Notes: generated from the letters alone by a model not told the origin. Counted from the whole stretch's first letter, positions 37,701 to 50,635 are shown. The stretch is 63,628 nt of DNA, filler included, from Reclinomonas americana ATCC 50394 (GCA_048213135.1; 16 parts of 16 records of this genome joined end to end with filler, not necessarily neighbours in it), one strand, 5' to 3'. Made by a program: numbers and translations.

Positions 37701-40594
37701 ATTGCCGTTCGATCCACCTTGTCTTCTGCAGTTCTCATGAGCAAGCAACATCAGGCGAGAGAAGGGCGGAAAGACACCAGACCTAATTGCTGACGCAGTC
37801 CAATAAATACGGGCAGGTCGCGCACAAATGACAGGTTGTCCTGTGCAGGGTTGTGGCGACGGTCAGCAAGGAGACAAGCCACTTCCTTCCCTCCATCCGT
37901 CTGAGGCGTGATGGAGGAGGAAGATGCGGGGGAAGCGAGAAAACAGCATGAGGCGAGAGAATATCCTCCCCTCAAGTGGACCGAAGAGAAGGAACAGTGA
38001 ACAGAAACAAAGTCTCTTTCTTGTTCCTTGCATCGGCATCTCTCTGTCAGAGGGCGTGATGGAGAGGAGGAAGAACGCGATGCGGATTGAGCGAGAAGAT
38101 AGCATGAAGTGTAAAGAGAATTCCTCCTCCTCTCAAGTGGACCGAAGAGAAGGAACAGTGAACAGAAACAAAGTCTCTTTCTTGTTCCTTGCATCGGCAT
38201 CTCTCTGTCAGAGGGCGTGATGGAGAGGAGGAAGAACGCGATACGATGAGTCGAGAAGATAGCACGTCCTTTTTTTCTCAAACAGACTGAGCACAGTGAA
38301 CAGCTGCAGAGTACGAAACAATGGCTTGTGACAATGGGTGACAACAAGCCGAAGGAGAATTGCTTGCAGCAGAGAGAAGAAGGAGCGTTGTGCAGGCTGA
38401 ATGGATGCAGGTCACATCCTCTCTCCTTTCTCTACCCGTCTTGTCATCTCTAACCTTGTAGCGTGACTCTATAGTTGTTCTCCACACCTTAACACTTGAC
38501 CCCCAATTCGCTAGACCCATCATCCGGTCACCAGGAACCGCCCCCTTTGTGACCATCAATGACGAATAAAGGTAGGGTACAGAAGAACCAACAGCTCCTT
38601 CCTTCTAGTGATGCCTTCCTCGCGTTGCCTATGTACTGCATCTCTTCCGCCTCCCTCTTCCCTTCACCCCTTTCCCATTCATTTCCCTCTTTCCCTCCCC
38701 TTTCCGTCGCCCTATCTCCGCATCTCTGCAGTGGCATTGCGACGGAAATGTTTCGACATCTCCTTCCTTGCCTCGCATCTCTTCCGCCTCCCTTTCCCCA
38801 TCACCCCTTCCCTCTTCGCCTCTCTCTTCCGCCTCTTCCGCCTTCCCTCTTCCCCCATTTCCCCCGCATCCCCGCACCTCCGCCGTGGCATTGCGACGGC
38901 CAAGCATATCGTCCCGTGTCATGCCAAATGTCTCGCCAAAGAGCAACAGCGCCTCGATGGAGGTGTCGTTGACGGCAGAGGCCTGCAAGCGCTGTGTGAG
39001 ATCTCACATCATCATTACGATCACCACCGCAGCTCACACCTCCTTTGACTTTTCAAACAGGCGCGCCTCTCCCTCTTGCAGCTGGAGATCCACGGCAGCG
39101 CTGCGGTTGTCGAGCTCCTCGGCAAACGAGATGCGCAGCTGGTTGAACTGCTGCTGCATGGTGTCCATGACCTCGGTGCGCATACTGTCCATGGCACGCG
39201 TGTTCTTGGCCGCCACACGCTGCTCCGCCGCTTGCATCTCCGTGCGCACGTTGGCAATGTCGCCCCTGGTGTTGACAGGAAAACGAGGGTGAGGAGTGAG
39301 GAGAAGGGGTGTTAATGAAGGAGGGAGTTGACGCACTGCAATGCGGAGCGGGCCTGCGCGGCGGCGTCTCGATCCTCCCTGTGTGATGTGTGAGAAAAGG
39401 GATCACTCATGCACTGCTCGGTATCGCTCCCACACCTCATCTTGTCGTCCACTTGTGCCGTAACCCGATTCACGGCCTCGGTCAGTGCCGTCTCGCCGGC
39501 GCTGCGTCCGCTGCGCACCTGCTGCGACAGATCCACCACCATGCGCTCCAGCGCCTCCACTCGTGAAGGTAGTTGTGCAACGGGGCCGCTGGCGGTCGCT
39601 TGGGCGGCCCCCGAGGCCACGGACATGGCGTTGGCGGTGTCGGAGGAGAGGCGGGTGAGTTCCTGGAAAGGGGAAGGGGAAATGAAGGGGAAGGAAATGG
39701 GGAAAGGGGAGGTGAGGGAGAGAGGATGAAGGGGGAGGGGGAAGGGGGGAGAGAGGGAAGGGCGTTAGAAGGAAATGAACGGAGACAGTCAGAAACGCAG
39801 GGAGGGGAGGAAGTGGGAGGGAGAGCGAAAAAGGAAAAAGGAAGAGGTAGGAGAGAAGCAACGAGGGAGAGACAGAGAAGGAGGGTGGGAAGCAGGGGGA
39901 AGCAGGAGAGAATAAGAAAACGAGAGACGAGCAAAGAGGGAAGAGGTGGAAGGGAGAGAGAAGAGTGGAGCGGAAGAGAAGGAACATACTCGGCTGAGGA
40001 CAAAAGCACCGAGGGAGAGGCGATGAGAAGGGATAGAAGTGAGAAGGAAAAGAAGACGGAGACAGACAGAAACGCAGGGAGGAGGGAGAGAAGGAAGAGG
40101 GAGGAGAGAAAGCAGAGGGGAGGGAAGCAACGAGGGAGGAAAAGAGATGAAGAGCGGGAAGAAGGGGGAAGCAGGGGGGAGAGAAGAGAGAAGAACGAAG
40201 AGAGAAGAGGGAAGACAAAGAATGTCATATGCCTCATGTCGCGCGAAAACACCACAGTAGACACGCAAGAGAACAAGACACACTCGCATCCCCAACAACA
40301 CCCACAGCACCAAACTCTTCGCATCTCCGCACACTCCTGCTGCGCACTGGCCGCATTCGCCGTCGCCGTCGTCAGCTCCTCCTGCAGCGCCAGCAGGCGC
40401 ACTTGCAATGTGGCTGTCTCCCGGTCATGAGAGGCCCGTTGACTGTCGACAAAAAGAGACACAAAAAAGGGAAAGTGGGTGAGCAGAGGAGAGAGAGAGA
40501 GCGATAAGAGTAAAGAAAGAGATAAATTGATTTACTGAGATATCGAAGTTGGATACCGCACTATTCTGCACTCCTTCCCTCCCTCGTTGCACAT

Positions 40595-40632
<38 letters not shown>

Positions 40633-41226
40633 TCACACACACACCTCTCTCTCACACACACACACTCACTCACTCACTCACTCCCTCCCCCACTCACTCA
40701 CTCACTCACTCACTCTCTCTCTCACACACACTCTCACTCGCTCTCTCTCTCTCTCTCACTCACTCGCTCACTCACTCACTCACTCACTCGCTCACTCACT
40801 CACTCACTCACTCACTCACACACTCACTCACTCACTCTCACTCACTCACTCACTCACTCACTCACTCACTCACTCACTCACTCACTCACACACTCACACA
40901 CTCACTCACTCACTCTCTCTCTCTCTCTCACACACTCACTCTCTCAACAACTGAATAATGTGCTTGAGAATGGCCTCCACGCCTTGCGGATGAAACAGCT
41001 CCGCAATGCTACGTTCCACCACTTCCGCGCTCAACACACTGCCTCCTCCTCCTCTGCGGCTACTTGCCACACTCGCACTTGCACTTGCAACAACTTCTTC
41101 TTCTTCTTCTTCTTCTTTCTCTTCTGTCTCTGTCATTGCCTTCTCCTTCTCCTCCTCTGCTGCTTCTTGTGTGTGAGAGACAGCATCGTCGTGTGCAGTG
41201 ACGAGCTCGTGCTCCTCGTCGCTCAT
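34776..41226 (-). CDS. Long coiled-coil protein with C-terminal CxxC and G-x-D-x-x-LYR motifs (QRICH2/C16orf96-like)
   Basis: Many heptad-rich exons, then ARFRCIACGR (about 36640-36670) and VGRDTKLYR (about 35100-35126). These recall the RCLSCDR and G.DG.IY motifs of that family. The exon chain is only partly verified. Confidence 0.5.
35471..35716. repeat. ~70-nt tandem repeats in an intron
   Basis: Copies of actctcactcgtcagcatg(t/c)agagaaagaaag...ggggaaaggaagg. Confidence 0.85.
37930..38265. repeat. Direct duplication, period 161 nt, in an intron
   Basis: ctcaagtggaccgaagagaagg...gaagaacgcgat starts at both 37971 and 38132. Confidence 0.9.
40590..40940. repeat. (CACT)n/(CT)n/(CA)n satellite in the first intron
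   Basis: Seen directly in the sequence. Confidence 0.95.
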
Positions 41227-41923
41227 TGTGTGGGTGGCAGGCAAGTCGGTTGGCAAAGGATTGGTTCATTGGTCAACAGCCAACCGATGCCCTATGCCGT
41301 GGCGACAACAAGCAGCAACAACAGCTTTACTAATCAAAACAGCAACACAGCTGCAGGATGATCACCATCTTGAGTGAGCACCAGAAACTCAGACATCACG
41401 GAATAAAACGAGAAAAAGTCGAGAATACGAAGGCACTTAGCGCATTGCGCGCTGGCGTTCCTGCAGCTGCAAGAGAAACCGCGCTGCGGTTCGTAACAAA
41501 CAACAATTCATTCACCAACAAACAAGCAACAGCTGTCTTGATGACCAAGTTCAACCGTATCCAAAAACACAAACATGCACACCAATCTTGAGGCAGCAGC
41601 AGGTGTCTTGTTTGTGTGTGCGTTCGCTCTCGGAGCTCCATACAAGTCGAGAACTGCGATCTTCACCTGCATGATGATCTCCAGCTTCAGTGAGCACCAC
41701 GAACCGAGACACCACGCGATCGGGAACTGCGAGACAAAGTCGAAATCATGAAGCACGCAATGTGCAAGTTGACGACAAGTGGACGCGAGAATCATTACTC
41801 AACGTGTTCAACAGCGACGCAGAGCTCACACTGTCTGCTTGTTTGCTCTGTTGGAGAAACCCCCATCCACACCAGACACAATACTACGTACATTCACCGC
41901 GCCCTGTCCCAAACGCGCCGCGA

Positions 41924-42565
41924 TCACAGGTGCAGGTAGGGATCACAGAAACACCGATGCACCACAACCGCGGCCTCCTCCACGATGAAGCACCGCAACA
42001 CCATCTCCGGCAGGCACCGTGAATCTCCTTCTCCTTTTTCCTGCATCTCCTGCACCGCTCGCATGGCCGACCGCGCAGCATCCATCTCCTGTCGAGCGAG
42101 GCCGCACGGCGTCGACCACACGCGCACCGTCCAATCACCACTCGCGCTAACAATATGCTGGCCACCCGGAGCCACAGCCACTGACCACACCCACAGATCG
42201 TGGCCCTCCAGTCGACGCACCATCTCGCCACTCGACGCAGACCACACTTGCACTGAGTTATCGTAACTGCCACTCACAAAGTGACGGCCGTCTGGGGTGA
42301 CGGCCACCGACATGACCACGCCAGAGTGTCCCTTCAGCCGTTGCACCTCCTCCCCGCTCTCCAATGACCACACTCGCAAAGTACGGTCGGTACTCCCACT
42401 CAGCACGTGTCGACCATCTGCGGTGACGGCGACAGAGACCACGTTGCCGGTGTGACCCGCCATGCATCGCACCTCCTCGCCACTCGCGATCGCCAGCGAC
42501 CACACCCGCACAGTGCGATCGTCGCTGCCACTCACCACGTGTCGGCCGTCGAGAGTAGCAACGGC
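41924..42565 (-). CDS. WD40-repeat protein, paralog A (5' end in gap), intronless
   Basis: GH...VAVTPDG.H.VSGS.D.TVRVWSL repeats plus tail STPCGLARQEMDAA...RCLPEMVLRCFIVEEAAVVVHRCFCDP. Confidence 0.9.
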   Translation of the reverse strand, partial: AVATLDGRHVVSGSDDRTVRVWSLAIASGEEVRCMAGHTGNVVSVAVTADGRHVLSGSTDRTLRVWSLESGEEVQRLKGHSGVVMSVAVTPDGRHFVSGSYDNSVQVWSASSGEMVRRLEGHDLWVWSVAVAPGGQHIVSASGDWTVRVWSTPCGLARQEMDAARSAMRAVQEMQEKGEGDSRCLPEMVLRCFIVEEAAVVVHRCFCDPYLHL

Positions 42566-42665
42566 NNNNNNNNNNNNNNNNNNNNNNNNNNNNNNNNNNN
42601 NNNNNNNNNTTAATTAATTAANNNNNNNNNNNNNNNNNNNNNNNNNNNNNNNNNNNNNNNNNNNN

Positions 42666-43456
42666 GCAGCGTGCAGCTGAGGCCGCCGAGCAACGCGAAT
42701 TCTTGTCAGTCACGCGACAGGCGCGCCAGCTTGCGGAGCTGGTTGTGCGGTACGAAAAGGAAGACCGGGAGGTGTTCGGCGAACGCGCGACTCCGCAGCG
42801 GTTTCGGTGCGCGATGACTGGAGTGGTTCGTAGCGAGAGAGAGAGAGAGAATGTGCGTGCATGTTTGTTCATTGTACGTGCTGCAGGTGATGCGAGTGCC
42901 TGTTTCTGTGAATGGACAGCCGGCGCGGTACGAACGAGCGGTGGTGGAGCTGGTGTTGCGCGAGTTTCAGCTTCTTGGCGTGGTGCTCCGCGATCCGGCC
43001 ACTGGCGACGTAGTTGATGTGGAGTCGATTCGCGTCGAGTCGGATGAGGAGTTGCAGTGCGAACTGCTGGCGGTGCGCCACCTCGCGGCCCAGGCGCCGG
43101 GATGGGATCAACTGTGGGATGAGGAGGAGTTTGGTGATGTCGACCATCCGGGCGCGTCGGCTGAACCGTCACCTGCTGTCGTCGATGCTTCGAGCTCGTC
43201 AGCCCCGGGGCCCGCTGGAGGTGTTCGTGCGGAAGAAGTCGGAGATGCCGGCGACGATGAGCTGCAGCAGACTGGACTCGATTTCTTGCAACGTCTCGCC
43301 GCGTGCACGGAGCCGTCGGAAACCGATGACGGCTGGCTGTTGCTGCGCTCAGACGCGTTTGGGGAGCCGCAGACATTTTGTGCACAGCTTGCACGAGAGG
43401 CGGTGGAGCGCAGGGAGCGTGCCGCAGCTCGCGCTCCACCGGCGCCACCTGAATGA
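42666..43456 (+). CDS. Hypothetical acidic protein, 3' part
   Basis: Two exons: ...AELVVRYEKEDREVFGERATPQR and YERAVVELVLREFQLLGVVLRDP...PPAPPE*. Confidence 0.55.
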
Positions 43457-43519
43457 AGAAGCACATCGGAAAAGTAAATGCGCGTCGTCACAGAAGACAG
43501 CTTCAGTCTCTTGTCGGTG

Positions 43520-43561
<42 letters not shown>

Positions 43562-43620
43562 TTGCTATAGTCTATGAGCCAGAACTGTTGACTTCACTCA
43601 ACCATACCAACTACTTTGAC

Positions 43621-44826
43621 TCAGAAACAAAGATGGGGATCACAGAAACACCGGTGCACCACGACTGCGGCCTCCTCCACGATAAAGCAGCGCAGAACCA
43701 TCTCCGGCAAACACCGAGAATCCACCTCCTCCTCCTCCGTTCCTGCCCCTTCTCGCTGCATCTCTTGGACAGCACGCATGGCCACATGCGCCGCGTCCAT
43801 CTCCAGTCGAGCAAGACCACACGGCGTTGACCACACGCGCACTGTGCCATCGCCACTCCCGCTCACGATGTGCTGGCCATCGGGGGTGATGGCAACACAG
43901 AAAACGCGTCCGGTGTGTCCCTGCAGCCGTTGCACTTCTTTGCCGCTCGCCAGCGACCACACACGCACTGTCATGTCGTCGCTGTCAGTCACAATGTGTT
44001 GGCCATCGGGAGTGATGACGAGGGACATCACTTCTCCTTCTCCGGGGTTTCCTTCAAATCGTCTCAGTTCTTCCCCAGTCGCCAGCGACCACACTCGCAC
44101 TGTGTTGTCAGAGCNNNNNNNNNNNNNNNNNNNNNNNNNNNNNNNNNNNNNNNNNNNNTTAATTAATTAANNNNNNNNNNNNNNNNNNNNNNNNNNNNNN
44201 NNNNNNNNNNNNNNCTCGTCGTAACTCGCACTGATAATGAATTGCCCATCGGGGCTGACCGCCACTGCAGTCATCCATTCTGTGTGTCCCTCCAATTGCG
44301 TCACTTGCGCGCCACTCGCCAGTGACCAGACACGCACTGTTGCGTCCCGACCTCCACTCACAATTAGTTGACTGTCGGGAGTGACGGCAACAGAAGGCAC
44401 GCCGCCAGCGTGTCCCTGCAGTCGGTGCACTTGCTCGCCACTCGCCAGAGACCACACGCACACTGTGCCATCGGTTCCTCCGCTCACCGCGTACTGGTTA
44501 TCCCCAGAGACCGCGACAGACAACACCTGTTCAGTGTGTCCCTCCATTCGATGCTCTTCTTCGCCACTCACCATCGACCACACGCGCACGGTGCGATCGT
44601 CACCACCGCTCACAATGTGCCGGCCGTTGGGCGTGACGGCGACACACCACACAGAGGAAGTGTGGCCCTTGCACAGTCGCACTTCTTGCCCACTCGCCAG
44701 CGACCACAAGTGCACTGTTCCGTCTCCGTCGCCGCTCACAATGTGCTGACCGTCGGGAGTGGTGGCGACAGCGAGGATTGCGTTTTTGTCGCCGTGCGGG
44801 AGAGTGCGGCAGCAGCGGAAGGCCAT
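43621..44826 (-). CDS. WD40-repeat protein, paralog B (spans gap 44115-44214), intronless
   Basis: MAFRCCRTLPHGDKNAILAVATTPDGQH... with the same repeats and C-terminal tail as paralog A. Confidence 0.88.
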
Positions 44827-45351
44827 AGGGAGAGAAGAGAGGGAAGGGAAGGAGAACTGGGAGAGACAGGGAGAGAGGAGAGAGGGGGAGAGAGGGAGGA
44901 GAGAAGAGAGGGAGAGGGATGACAGGGGAGAGGAGAAGGGAGAACAGAGGGTGATGTTGTTGCTGTTGCTTCTGTGTGTGCGTGTGCTTTGTGAGAGGAC
45001 AGAATTCTGTCAGTCCTCCTCTGACGGAGACGTCCTCTTCGCTCTTCGTGCTTGCGAGTCTCAAGGTGTTTTCGACGAGGACATGATGCTACTGCATGTC
45101 TCTTTCTGTCAGGCGTCGACGTTGATGCTGCATCGCCGCTGGATTCAAGTGAGCAAGCGACTCGCGATCGGCGATCTGGAAGTGGGGTGAGTTGTCTTCA
45201 TTCGATCGCAACAAGCCGCCAACTGCCCAGCGTAATCTACAGTTTTAGTCGAAGGAAAACACACGAGACTTGTTGCCGATCACTGGTGATGCTCATGTTG
45301 TGCATTGATCCGTGAAGATCCTATTATTATTGCCAGCTGCATGTCCACCGC

Positions 45352-46543
45352 TCAGAAACAAAGGTGAGAATCGCGGAAACACCGGTGCACCACGACTGCG
45401 GCCTCCTCCACGATAAAACAGCGCAGCACCATCTCCGGCAAACACCGAGAATCCACCTCCTCCNNNNNNNNNNNNNNNNNNNNNNNNNNNNNNNNNNNNN
45501 NNNNNNNTTAATTAATTAANNNNNNNNNNNNNNNNNNNNNNNNNNNNNNNNNNNNNNNNNNNNTCCTCCGTTCCTGCCCCTACCCGCTGCATCTCTTGCA
45601 CTGCACGCATGGCCACATGCGCCACCTCCATCTCCAGTCGAGCAAGACCACACGGCGTTGACCACACGCGCACTGTGCCATCGCCATCCCCGCACATGAT
45701 GTGCTGTCCATCGGAAGCGACGGCCACAGAGCACACCTCCTCAGCGTGTCCCTGCAGCCGTTGCACTTCTTTGCCGCTCACCAGCGACCACACACGCACT
45801 GTCGTGTAGTCGCAGTCAGTCACAATGCGTTGGCCATTGGGGGTGACGACAATAGACATCACTTCCCCAATGTACCCCCCAAACAGTCTCAGTTCTTCCC
45901 CAGTCGCCAGAGACCACACTCGCACGGTGCAGTCATCACTTCCACTCACAACGTGCTGACCATCGGGGGTAACAGCCAAAGCCGCCACCCAGCCTGTCTG
46001 CCCCTTTAACTGTCGCACTTGCTCGCCACTCGCCAGCGACCAGACACGCACGATGTTATCAGTACCGCCGCTCACAAGGAGATGACTGTCGGGAGTAATG
46101 GCGACAGACCGCGTGAAACCATCATGTGCCTTCCACTGCCGCACTTGTTCCCCACTCGCCAGCGACCACACGCACACTGTGCAGTCCTCACTCCCACTCA
46201 CAACTAGCCGACCGTCGGGAGTGATCGCCACACACAACACCGAATCCTCGTGTCCCTCCATCATCTCATACACCCTCTCGCCACTCACCACCGACCACAC
46301 TCGCACTGCGCAATCGTCACCGCCGCTCACAATGTGCCGGCCATCGGGAGTGACGGCGACGCAGTTCACAGCGTACGTGTGCCCGTCGTAGTGTCGCACT
46401 CGCTTCCCAGTTGCGAGTGACCACAAACGCAATGTTCCGTCTCGTTGACCGCTCACAATGTGCTGACTGTCGGGTGTGATGGCGACAGCATCGACCAGGA
46501 CGTTGTCGACGTGGGAGAGAGTGCGGGAGCAGCGGAAGGACAT
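45352..46543 (-). CDS. WD40-repeat protein, paralog C (spans gap 45464-45563), intronless
   Basis: MSFRCSRTLSHVDNVLVDAVAITPDSQH..., seven WD repeats, tail ending HRCFRDSHLCF* (TGA at 45352-45354). Confidence 0.9.
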
Positions 46544-46664
46544 AGGGGGAGAAGGGGGGAGAAAGGGGGGGAGAAAAGGGGAGAGAAAGAGAAAGAAAGA
46601 GAGAGAGAGAGAGGAGGGAGGAGAGGAGAGAGGGAGAGGGAGAGGAGAAGGGAGAGCAGAGGGG

Positions 46665-46711
<47 letters not shown>

Positions 46712-47522
46712 GCTTCTGTGTGTGTGCGGAAGGAAAAGGGAAAAGGAAAGTGGAGAGCAAGGAAAAGGGTGAGAGAAGTGGCAAGGAGGGCGGAGAGCAA
46801 AGAAAAGGAGGGAAAGAGAGCAGTGTGCTTGCAGATGAAGATGACAACTGCAAGAGAGAGACAGACACACACAGAATGCAACACAATACAAATGGTTGCA
46901 TTGGTGCTCGCGTCTCATTGTCCACACTTTCAACTTTTTTTGTTGTTCCCGAGAATCCACAAATGTCCAAGACGAACGTGTTGCGTTTCCTTTTGCCACA
47001 CACTCTTGCACACTCTTGCATACACACACGTGCACGCACTTTTTTTGTTGTTCCGTTGTCTGTGGTGCCATGTGCCTTGTGTGCCTTGACACACACTCAC
47101 ACGCTTGCTCACACACAAAGCATTGTCGTGCGTGCGTCTGCTCGTCTCCTCTCAGTTGTCTTATGTACTCATGTGCTGTTTGTTGAGCGAGAGAGAGTGA
47201 CTTTGAGCTGTCTCATGGTGTCTCAATCACGCTCTCTCTCTCCTCTCTCTCTCTCTCACGCACACACACACAAACACACTCTCTCCTCACTCACTGCCTC
47301 TTTCCCTTCACACTTCTCATTGTCGTCTTTTGTTGTCTCGGAGATGCGAGAAATGTCTGCCAACTTTTTGTCTTTTTTTCCCCCCTCACTCACACACGCA
47401 NNNNNNNNNNNNNNNNNNNNNNNNNNNNNNNNNNNNNNNNNNNNTTAATTAATTAANNNNNNNNNNNNNNNNNNNNNNNNNNNNNNNNNNNNNNNNNNNN
47501 CACTCTCTCTCTCCCATAATAG

Positions 47523-48683
47523 GTACTTTGACATGACCATTGGCGGCAAGGCTGCCGGCCGCATTGTCATGGAGCTGCGCGGTGAGTGAATCGCACATTT
47601 TGGCGCGAAAGTATGCGCACATCTCCTCTTCTCACTTGCGCTTTTTGTCGGGTGGCAGGCGACATTTGCCCGAAGGTGTGTGTTTGTTGTTTGACTGTTG
47701 CTTGCCTCTTCGTCGTCATGCGCCCTGACTCGCTGTGTCGTGGCAGACGGGTGAGCTCAAATTCGTTGGGCGGGAGAATCTTTGCATGTTGTTGGGCTCA
47801 CCTCTTGTGTGATAGCTGAGAACTTCCGCGCGCTGTGCACGGGCGAGAAGGGCTTTGGATTCAAGGGCAGCAAGGTTTGCCTCTTTGAGGTGGAAGAGAG
47901 AGACTCAGGTGGCTGACTTTTCGTGGTCATGCAGTTCCACCGCGTTATTCCGGACTTCATGTGCCAGGGCGTGAGTCTTTACTGTCATGATGTGCGAGTG
48001 TGGAGAGGACGAGTGACTGATCATCTCTGTTTTTCGTATCAGGGCGACTTCACCCGCGGCAACGGCACTGGTGGCAAGAGGTTGGTGTCATGACAATTTT
48101 GGGCGATGATGTCATGTCGCTGACTGTCGTGTGTGTGCATACAGCATCTACGGCGAGCTTCGTAAGCGCTGCAGTCATGTGTGTTGAATTGAGGGAGTTT
48201 GATGTGCTCACTGTCGTGCGGTTTTGCGTTGCGGGCGACAGGAAGTTCGCTGATGGTGAGTCGACAAGGGGAAAGGGGAAAGGGGAGGGAGAGGAGAAGG
48301 GAGAGGAGAAGGGGAAGGGGAGGGAACGGACAAGGGGAAGGCAAGGGAGAGTGAGAGAGGCTGCATTTGCTCTCTCTCTCTCTCTTTGTCTCTTTCTCTC
48401 ACGCTCCATCGCTGTCTCTCCCTCTCGCTCTCTCACTGTCTCTCTTACGTTCCATTGTTGTCTCTCTCCTGTCACTTTTTACTCTCACTGCCATCGTGCG
48501 TGTGTATTGTGTTTTGACTGCCGTTGCACGCCTGTTGCTGCTTGCCGTCTGTCTCGCTGTCATTTCTCGCTCTCCGCTTATGTAGTCGCGGTATTGTCTG
48601 CTTCTCTTGCGTTTCAGTACACTTATCTCGACTCCTTGCTTGTGTCGTTCTTCCGTTCTTGTTTCTTGACCTCCTCTCCTATC

Positions 48684-48732
<49 letters not shown>

Positions 48733-50208
48733 GCGCGCGCGGGGCTACAAGTATACACACGCTGTCATGTTTCGACTGTACGCTTCTCCTGTGTGACTCA
48801 ACGTCCCCTCCCACAGAGAACTTCACCCTGAAGCACACCGGCCCGGGAATCCTGTCGATGGCCAACGCCGGCCCGAACACCAACGGCTCGCAGTTCTTCC
48901 TGTGCACCGTTGCGTTTTGCCACTTGCGTCGCCAGTGTGTGCTCCCTCACTCTCACTCATCCCTCTCTTGCCAATCTGCAGTCCAAGACTGAGTGGCTCG
49001 GTTCGTGGCGGTAGTGCGCGCGTTCTCTCAGTCGACAGCTGTGATTGACTTGCTCCCGCGGCGCAGATGGTAAGCACGTCGTGTTCGGCTCCGTGACTGA
49101 GGGCATGGACGTTGTGCGCGCGATTGAGGCCGTGGGCTCGCGCAATGGCGCCACCTCGAAGGATGTGGTGATTGCGGTGAGTGGGAGGAGGGGATAGAAA
49201 AGGGGAGAAGGGGAAGGGAGGAGAAGGGCAAAGTGGGGACGGGAGGGTGGAAGGAGGAAGAATCTGTGTTATTGACTGTCTCCTGTATTGCGCTTGTATA
49301 TGCGTCATGCGCGTCGCAATATGGCATTCTGCGCATTCGCCGCTTTCTCTCTTGTTTGCACAAGCATTCTTGTAGTTTCTACGCGGCTTCATTCCCGCAT
49401 GAGTTTGCGCTTGGAGAGATTTCTCCCCCTGAGCTTTCTCCCTCATTTTGTGGACGCGATCAAGTGTCCATTCCTCTCCGTCATTCTGGGATCTGCGCCG
49501 CTTTCTCTCTTGTTTGCACAAGCATTCGTGTTGTTTCTACGCGGCTTCATTCCCTGATGAGTTTGCGCTTGGAGTGCTGTCTCCCCCGTTCTGTGGACGC
49601 CTTTTTGTGTCCATTGCTCTCACGCCTTCAACAGGGAATCCTTTCCTCTGTCATTCCATTAGGATGCGTGCATTTCTGCCTTTCAAGCTTTCCTCCATTC
49701 CTTGTGGGCCTCGCATTCTTGCTCTTCATCATGCACTCCATCTCGCTCCTTTTCTGGGAGGTGTGTTCCGACTTTTTCGTCTTTCATTCTTTGTGGGAAC
49801 GGCATTCATGCTCTGTAAAATGCAATCCGTTCCTCTTTTCTCATTCTTGGTGTTGAAGAATGCGTGTATTCCTGGTGTCTGCTCTCGAACTGTGGACGGC
49901 GGTGTTTTCTTTCTGTCCTCCATCTGCACTAGCATTCTCTCCTCTCCGCCTTCTGGAAGCAGCGGCTAAGGTGCATTACTACACTGCGTTCATTTTCTCT
50001 CTCTCTCTCTTTCTCTCACTCACTGTGATGCTATTTTGTATCATTTCCTCTTCTAAGAGTGCGCTCTATCCCGTTGAATGCGTGCATTTCTTCGGCCGTC
50101 TTTTCCGACTTGCTGCTTGCATTCATTGTGGGAATGACATTTTTGCACTTCAAATGCACTCTATCTCTACTTTCTGGGAGCACAGACAGCGTGCTAATTG
50201 TGTACTGC

Positions 50209-50241
<33 letters not shown>

Positions 50242-50293
50242 ATTGCATTGCTCACCCTTCCCCTTTTCCTTCCAGGACTGCGGTGAGCTGTAA
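47523..50293 (+). CDS. Cyclophilin A-type peptidyl-prolyl isomerase (first exon in gap; 12 visible exons)
   Basis: Exons 47523-47581, 47659-47675, 47747-47750, 47816-47874, 47935-47970, 48043-48080, 48145-48156, 48242-48255, 48817-48908, 48982-49000, 49067-49176, 50276-50293. They give YFDMTIGG...[57 protein letters not shown]...[16 protein letters not shown]...[10 protein letters not shown]...DCGEL*. Confidence 0.95.
49337..49600. repeat. Direct duplication (period ~158 nt) in a cyclophilin intron
   Basis: cgccgctttctctcttgtttgcacaagcattc...gagtttgcgcttggag occurs twice. Confidence 0.85.
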
Positions 50294-50635
50294 ACCACCC
50301 GGATCCTTCCGTGGTAACGCTCATTTCGACACCCCCCTTCCTCCCCCCTCGTGCCTGTGGCGTGCAAGCATGTTACTCCCCTCCCGTCGCGACAGCCAGC
50401 GTCGGGAAAAAAACAATCACCCTGCACACTGTGGGAACGATGGAATGAAGAAAAAATAGTCCCGAAACAACACTTGGTGGCACCAGCACTCCTCCTTGTC
50501 CTCCTTCACTTGCTCTCATGGTCACAACACATCATTTTCTTCTGCGTCCTCCATGAAGGGACGACGCAGAGAGTTGAACCCGAGAAAGAAGCAAAGGAAG
50601 AAAGAGGAGATTTTTGATCCGCGCGAGCGGGGTGC

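Noticed and set aside
37930..38265. Spaced direct repeats suggesting a CRISPR array or LTRs (also 24370-24970, 56370-56830)
   Set aside because: Long degenerate units without unique spacers, no cas or RT/transposase genes, and all within eukaryotic introns.
39403..40462. Long S/L/P/F- or R/E/G-rich ORFs (also 32544-33119, 57096-58367, 61964-62975)
   Set aside because: These are largely translations of GA/CT-rich low-complexity intron or intergenic DNA.
45512..47116. 534-aa ORF with a poly-N extension on WD40 paralog C
   Set aside because: The extension is microsatellite sequence. Paralog B starts at the equivalent M(A/S)FRC, so ATG 46543 is the likely start.
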